DNA of 63,822 nucleotides, filler included, from Stramenopiles sp. TOSAG23-3 (Eukaryota): NCBI GenBank assembly GCA_900128585.1. It is 6 parts of 6 records of this genome, joined end to end, with 100 filler letters (N's around TTAATTAATTAA, not from the genome) between each part and the next. Parts side by side here need not be neighbours in the genome. Positions count along the whole stretch, not along the records: positions 49,688 to 61,984 come from LT642693.1; positions 62,085 to 63,822 come from LT645463.1; 4 more parts are not named here. One strand, 5' to 3'. Shown piece by piece: positions 58,582 to 63,822 of this stretch (position 1 is its first letter; each line of letters starts with the position of its first letter). The notes under the pieces were generated by a model. It saw only the letters and a program-made list of their open reading frames with translations, ran no database searches and was not told where the DNA came from. The position numbers and the translations under genes were made by a program.

Positions 58582-59652
58582 TTACAACGACGGTGCGATG
58601 CGGAACATGGTCATGTTGCGGTGGGTAATTTCGACGCAGCCTTCGACCATTTCACGGATGATCTCCTTCGCAGGGAGCATGTTGTTGACGGCACCGGCGC
58701 CCTGGCCCATGAGCTGCGGCCTCCATTTGACCAAATCGAAGGTCCCGGCCTTCTGGAGCTTCTTCATGTCATGGACGCCTGGAACGATCCCTTGGTCGCA
58801 GAGTTCCTTGATTTCCTGGGCACGGTTCTCGTTGAAATCTTTGACGTACGGCGTGTTGAGGACGCGCAGCGGTCGTCCGGAATAGATCAGCGTCTTCGTG
58901 GTGTCCTCCGCCTGCGCGCCCAGGACGGCCTTTTGGTGGGACGGGGAGGCATCGGCCTCGTCCGAGCAAATGAACCGTGTGCCGACCCAAACCCCTTGGG
59001 CCCCAAAGGACAGGGCCATCGCCATTCCCCTGGAATCGACGATCCCTCCCGCGGCGACCAAGTAGATGGGCCCCCCATTCAGCTTGGACCGTTTCCCTTG
59101 GATCGCGTCCGCAATCATTGGGACCAGGACCCCGGTCGAGACGGCGCTGGTGTGGCCGCCCCCCTCGGTCCCTTGTGCGATGAGGACGTCGACCCCCGCG
59201 TCCAGGCACTTCTTGACGTGGCGGGGGCTGCCGATCATGTTCCCCACGACGATCCCAGCCGCGTGCATCTTCTCGATGGCCCAGACGGGGGCGATCCCGA
59301 CGGCGCTGACAAAAAACGTCGCGCCGGACTCGATGATGATGTCGATCAGCTCCGGGAGGGTCCCATGGGTGTAGTCATGGTTCGTTTTCCTCGCGCCTCC
59401 CCCCACCTTGGGCAGGGCAAGGTCGACCCCGAACGGCAAGTCGGGGGAGTTCAGCTGCGACTTTAAGTCCGCCAACTCTTCCCGCATGAATTTCGGGGTC
59501 CACCCAAGCCCGCCAACGACGCCAAGCCCACCAGCGTTGGACACCGCCGACGCAAGCCCTGCACCAGACACGGCGTTCATCCCCGCAAGGATAACCGGGT
59601 GCTGTATTTTCAACAACTTGGTCAGCCCATTTTCAATACGATACTTTGTCAT
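58582..59652 (-). CDS. Nitronate monooxygenase / 2-nitropropane dioxygenase family FMN oxidoreductase
   Basis: HPVILAGM, AVSNAGGLGVVGG, PFGVDL, IAQGTEGGGHT, VAAGGI, GAQGVWVGTRF and MGQGAGAV. Confidence 0.95.
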   Translation of the reverse strand: MTKYRIENGLTKLLKIQHPVILAGMNAVSGAGLASAVSNAGGLGVVGGLGWTPKFMREELADLKSQLNSPDLPFGVDLALPKVGGGARKTNHDYTHGTLPELIDIIIESGATFFVSAVGIAPVWAIEKMHAAGIVVGNMIGSPRHVKKCLDAGVDVLIAQGTEGGGHTSAVSTGVLVPMIADAIQGKRSKLNGGPIYLVAAGGIVDSRGMAMALSFGAQGVWVGTRFICSDEADASPSHQKAVLGAQAEDTTKTLIYSGRPLRVLNTPYVKDFNENRAQEIKELCDQGIVPGVHDMKKLQKAGTFDLVKWRPQLMGQGAGAVNNMLPAKEIIREMVEGCVEITHRNMTMFRIAPSL

Positions 59653-59853
59653 AATGAGGAATTGATAAAAATAGGTGGTTCGTTAGATCGATAAATACAG
59701 ACACAGATGGACACATACACAAATGGAAAAAAGAAAGGAAAATTGATGACTAGTGTTTGGAATCGTGTTTTCGTTTCTATTTCTTAAAAGATGTAATATG
59801 GAAATCTCAACAAATTAATAATAATAAACATTCAATCGTTCTCTCTGAAAAAA

Positions 59854-60190
59854 AGAAGAAAGAAGAAGGAAAAGAAGAAGAAGAAGAAGAAGAAAAAGAG
59901 AAAAAAAGAAGGATCCTTCTTCTTCTTTCTTCTTCTTTTTCTTCTTTCTTCTTTTTTCTTCTTCTTTCTTCTTCTTCTTCTTCTTCTTCTTCTTCTTCTT
60001 CTTCTTCTTCTTCTTCTTCTTCTTNNNNNNNNNNNNNNNNNNNNNNNNNNNNNNNNNNNNNNNNNTTCTTCTTCTTCTTCTTCTTCTTCTTCTTCTTTCT
60101 TCTTCTTCTTCTTCTTCTTCTTCTTCTTCTTCTTCTTTCTTCTTTCTTTTCTTCTTCTTTCTTCTTCTTCTTCTTCTTTCTTCTTCTTTT
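59854..60190. repeat. (GAA)n tract followed by long (CTT)n microsatellite with a 41-N gap (60025-60065)
   Basis: Direct reading. Confidence 0.92.
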
Positions 60191-60913
60191 TCCTCCACCA
60201 AAAATCAAAAAATCAAAAAAATCAAAAAAGAAGAAATTATAGATTCTCTTCCCTATTCTTATGTTAATGTAAATAATAGTATACTTATATCTTACCATTT
60301 TATATAGAATATAAGAATTGTATCCTATTTAAATATATATTATTAATTATTAATATGAAGATGGAAATGAAATAGAAGAAAGAAAGAAGAAGAAAAAGAA
60401 GTAATATTATTACTGTATTAATATAATAATATAAAAATGCTTTTTTTTTTTTTAAATTTATTATTCTTTTAAGTATTATTATTATTATTTGAAAAAGAGG
60501 AAATGTGTTTTCTATATTTTGGTAATGCTGTGATATGTATTAATAACTGTTGTTCTAATTTTTCTTCTAAAAATTAAAAGTTTTTTTAAAATAGCTTTAA
60601 TATGACTAATTCGTTAAAAATATCATGATCGATGATGCTGTTTTCGGCCTGCTAAAAATGAAGAAAGTCGGGTGGGTGTCAACAACCACCAGTCAATTAT
60701 GTAAATTTTGTGGTAGTATAGCATTTAAGCCATTTTCTCGTCGATACGTAAGATGACCAGGTAGGTGGCTTGTCCGTGAAGAGGAGACTTGAAAAGTTAC
60801 ACGTTTCTCGCTATAGATATTAGAATACCGCCGTAACAACGACAAACACTGTTTCGAAATACACCACAACAATACAAACCTTTTTATCCACACACCATTA
60901 CTATCTTTTAACC

Positions 60914-61984
60914 ATGCGTGCCATGAACACTCTCTTATCCATTTGCTTGATCTTGCTGCTCAGCGCGGACCACGGATCTGCTGCTGCCTTGGAATGGTAT
61001 TACCTCCTCGGCAGACGGGACGAAGCTGGCGGCGACCGTGAATCTCGGCAACATATGGACCTCCACCAACAGCGGTGCGACCTGGACGGAAGTTACCGTC
61101 GGCGATGGCACGAACGAGTGGCGTGGTATCACCTCCTCGGACGACGGGACGAAGCTGGCGGCGGCTGTGTATGATGGCAACATATGGACCTCCAGCAACA
61201 GCGGTGCGACCTGGACCACCGTTGGTGCGACGAATAAATGGTATGCTATCACCTCCTCGGCAGACGGGACGAAGCTGGCGGCGGTTGCGTATAATGGCAA
61301 CATATGGACCTCCAGCAACAGCGGTGCGACCTGGACGGAAAATACCGTCGGCGATGGCACGAACAATTGGTATGCTATCACCTCCTCGGCAGACGGGACG
61401 AAGCTGGCGGCGATTGTTGGTAGTGGCAACATATGGACCTCCAACGACAGTGGTGCGACCTGGACGGACCGTGGTGCGACGAAATCCTGGAATTCTATCA
61501 CCTCCTCGGACGACGGGACGAAGCTGGCGGCGACTGTGGAAAGTAGTGGCAACATATGGACCTCCAACGACAGCGGTGTGACCTGGACGGTAGTTACCTC
61601 CGCTGGTACGACGAAACAATGGTATGGTATCACCTCCTCGGCAGACGGGACGAAGCTGGCGGCGGTTGTGAGAGATGGCAACATATGGACCTCCAGCGAC
61701 ACTGGTGCGACCTGGACGGAAGTTACCTCCACTGGTGCGATAAAAAAATGGTATGATATCACCTCTTCGGCAGACGGGACGAAGCTGGCGGCGGTTGTGA
61801 ATTGGGGTGGCAACATATGGACCTCCATTGAATGTCCTGCTGATCACCGTCATGCCCCTGGGAGTTGTAACGCGTGGACGGACTGTTCAGCTGGTGAAAA
61901 GGTAACCCAGAACGGAACAGCGACTGCCGACCGACAATGCGCTGCTTGTGTATCCAGCTACAACAACAAGACAAACCAGCACAG
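60914..61984 (+). CDS. Secreted Asp-box/BNR seven-repeat beta-propeller protein followed by a TNFR-like Cys-rich module; frameshift at ~60989; 3' truncated
   Basis: Signal peptide MNTLLSICLILLLSADHGSAAA; seven W..ITSS.DGTKLAA...GNIWTS units, six continuing ..(S/T)G.TW, starting at 60990; then CNAWTDCSAGEKVTQNGTATADRQCAAC. Confidence 0.85.
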
Positions 61985-62084
61985 NNNNNNNNNNNNNNNN
62001 NNNNNNNNNNNNNNNNNNNNNNNNNNNNTTAATTAATTAANNNNNNNNNNNNNNNNNNNNNNNNNNNNNNNNNNNNNNNNNNNN
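61985..62084. other. Artificial contig linker
   Basis: 44 N + TTAATTAATTAA + 44 N. Confidence 0.98.
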
Positions 62085-62086
62085 AA

Positions 62087-63822
62087 GAACCACCAAAAAA
62101 TGCTTCTGAACAGTTAAAAGGCGAATGGGAAAATGACCTTCATGCCTATTTTGAAGTGGAGAGACCAAACCATGCCCTTGCGCATTCTATGCGAAAAGCC
62201 TTTTTGGTTCCAGTCGTCATCAAAGCTTATAAGGAGTATGGCAGCGAGTTCAACTTTACGGAAGATGAAATATTCATGATGCAAGCTGCTATGTTATACG
62301 AAAGTGTAGGGCGCAAGAGTGATATCAGTTATAGCGCTTCCCCTGAATTACACAATGCGTACGACCAGGCATCGTACAAGGCATTTTTGGAATACAAAGA
62401 GAAGGTACCTGTCCACATGCACAGTGCCTTTGATAAGGCATATTCTGGCTTGGAAAATATGTATGGGGGAGACAACAGAACGCGCGAAACCATCATATTT
62501 GAAACGTGCCATGGCATTGACTTAATGAGGTGTTACGACAAAGAAAATGTAACGCGCAAGCTAGACAGTGTGAAATCGAAGTTGGAAACGACCGACGAAG
62601 CAAAGAAAGCAGAGGCAGCAAAACGCCTTTTCAAGTACGGGGAACGACTGATTCAAGCCACGGGGGATCGGTTAACTTGTGGGCTGCACTACGATACGCA
62701 CGATCGTGATCCTGGCATTTTTTACAAGTGCAGTACAAGCGCAAAGGAGTGTTTCCAATGTATTTTCTTGGCAATTGATGAAATGCACGCCACGTTCGCT
62801 GCATCTCAGTTCAAGAGACTATACACAGCAGCAGAAAGACCTGAATACAGCGATGAGTTACTTCGCTCAATTCGTATGCTTCTCAAAAAATATTGTGCTT
62901 GCAAGGGAATTGACGCGTCTCATGCGAATGATCTCTTCAAAAAATTGCAACGGGAGATGCTTTCTGACAAAGAAAAGACCGAAGAACTTATCGATGACAT
63001 CAGCGCAGCTGCACAACGAGTGTGGACTAGTGCAGAAAAGACTGGGAAATTGCCTGAGATATGCACTATGCTAAACGCTTCTTTAAACAAGGACAATAGA
63101 GAAATGCTAGAGCACGCCACGGTCATTATTCGGGCCATAAATTCTCTGCTCGTAACAAATCGCTCAAAGAAAGATACTTCCCTTTCTGCATTTCCGCCCG
63201 ACGGAACGTTGTATCGGGGAGGGGTTATCAGCGAAGAGGAGTTGAAGTTTTACCAGGAGCACCATGGGAAGATGTTTAGAATTCGCAAGTTTTTTGCAAC
63301 TTCCTTCCAACAAAACGATACTAAACTATTTACAAATAGAGCTTGGGACTACTACAAGGATAAGGGAGAGGAACGGCCTGCTGTTCTCTTTATCTTAAAA
63401 GTAGATCCCGACGGCGAACATGACCATTCCAAACTGTGCCGAAATGTAAACAAAATTCTAAAGCGTGCAGAGGGGGTGCCGGACGAACACGAGTACTTGT
63501 TTACCCCGTACTCTGCCTTTAGTGTAGAAAAGATCGAACTCATGGAACACCCAAAACCTTCCAATCCACATATCATACGCTTACAAGTTGCTTGCGACAG
63601 CAAAGAGGAGGACGAAGACTTGCCAGTAACGCCAAGACTACCTCGAGACACGTTCCTTGATAGCCTGAAACAAGAGCATGACAAAATTGTATCAGAAGCA
63701 GTCAACATTTCCCAACTGAAAATGGACAAGAAAGCGAAGCGGAAGGCAGTGCGTGCCGTGAAAAAGAGGATCGACGACGCGGAAGAGAAGGAGGATTGCT
63801 CGATCGTGATGACGGCGCTGAA
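62087..63822 (+). CDS. Partial (both ends open) protein: SidE/DupA-type phosphodiesterase domain fused to an R-S-E mono-ADP-ribosyltransferase domain; absent from the ORF track
   Basis: Hand translation gives 578 stop-free codons. PDE: RPNHALAHSMRKA, MLYESVGRKSDI, YDQASYKAFLEY, CHGIDLMRC, LIQATGDR. ART: VWTS..EICTMLNASL, LYRGG, FATSF, DEHEYLFTPYSAFSV. Confidence 0.85.

Noticed and set aside
59757..60298. Poly-E/K/R/S/F ORFs
   Set aside because: Translations of a microsatellite spanning a gap.
60990..61830. Conserved repeats with variable intervening sequence as a CRISPR array
   Set aside because: Units keep frame and encode Asp-box propeller blades; the variable parts are protein loops.
60935..61853. 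Two 297-aa minus-strand repeat ORFs
   Set aside because: Antisense of the Asp-box repeats.
519..61984. Programmed ribosomal frameshifting or an alternative genetic code as a common explanation for the split genes
   Set aside because: The breaks share no slippery motif, at least two involve missing sequence, and TAA, TAG and TGA all act as normal stops.
12363..62084. TTAATTAATTAA recurring every ~12.4 kb as a periodic biological element
   Set aside because: Always centred in 44+44 N, and the intervening lengths fall monotonically. It is a concatenation linker for size-sorted contigs.
62319..63729. Short ORF-track calls in the last contig
   Set aside because: Off-frame or antisense to the continuous 62087-63822 frame that carries the catalytic motifs.
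60914..63822. Asp-box propeller gene and PDE-ART gene as one toxin-like protein or cluster
   Set aside because: They are separated by an artificial linker and lie on different contigs.

Overview
Eukaryotic nuclear DNA, not prokaryotic. Six unrelated contigs are concatenated with 100-bp artificial linkers (44 N + TTAATTAATTAA + 44 N) at 12363, 24784, 37190, 49588 and 61985, in decreasing length order (>=12362, 12321, 12306, 12298, 12297 bp, then a 1738-bp start of the next), so gene adjacency across linkers is meaningless. Genes appear almost intron-free, use the standard code and are separated by very AT-rich spacers. Cilia genes and a beta-alpha fused PPi-PFK indicate a flagellated protist. 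A stramenopile-type single-cell or metagenome assembly is my inference only. Recognisable genes: SPEF2/CPC1, a histidine phosphatase, calmodulin-like and EF-hand repeat proteins, Piezo, a CCDC180-like fragment, a full-size ABCA transporter, an IQ/RS protein, a TM-LRR-LNR protein, Ku70, an RCC1/Cys-rich secreted protein, PPi-PFK, a giant RanGAP-FG-repeat protein, an ankyrin protein, nitronate monooxygenase and an Asp-box beta-propeller protein. Several genes carry single frameshifts that look like assembly errors. Best lead: an open frame missing from the ORF track (62087-63822, +, >=578 codons) fusing a Legionella SidE/DupA-type phosphodiesterase domain to an R-S-E ADP-ribosyltransferase, the two-domain logic of phosphoribosyl ubiquitination, apparently in a protist genome. 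Second lead: a tandem-RanGAP + RanBP2 zinc finger + FG-nucleoporin fusion. No rRNA, tRNA, CRISPR or transposase was recognised. All family calls are from motif recognition by eye; no searches were run.
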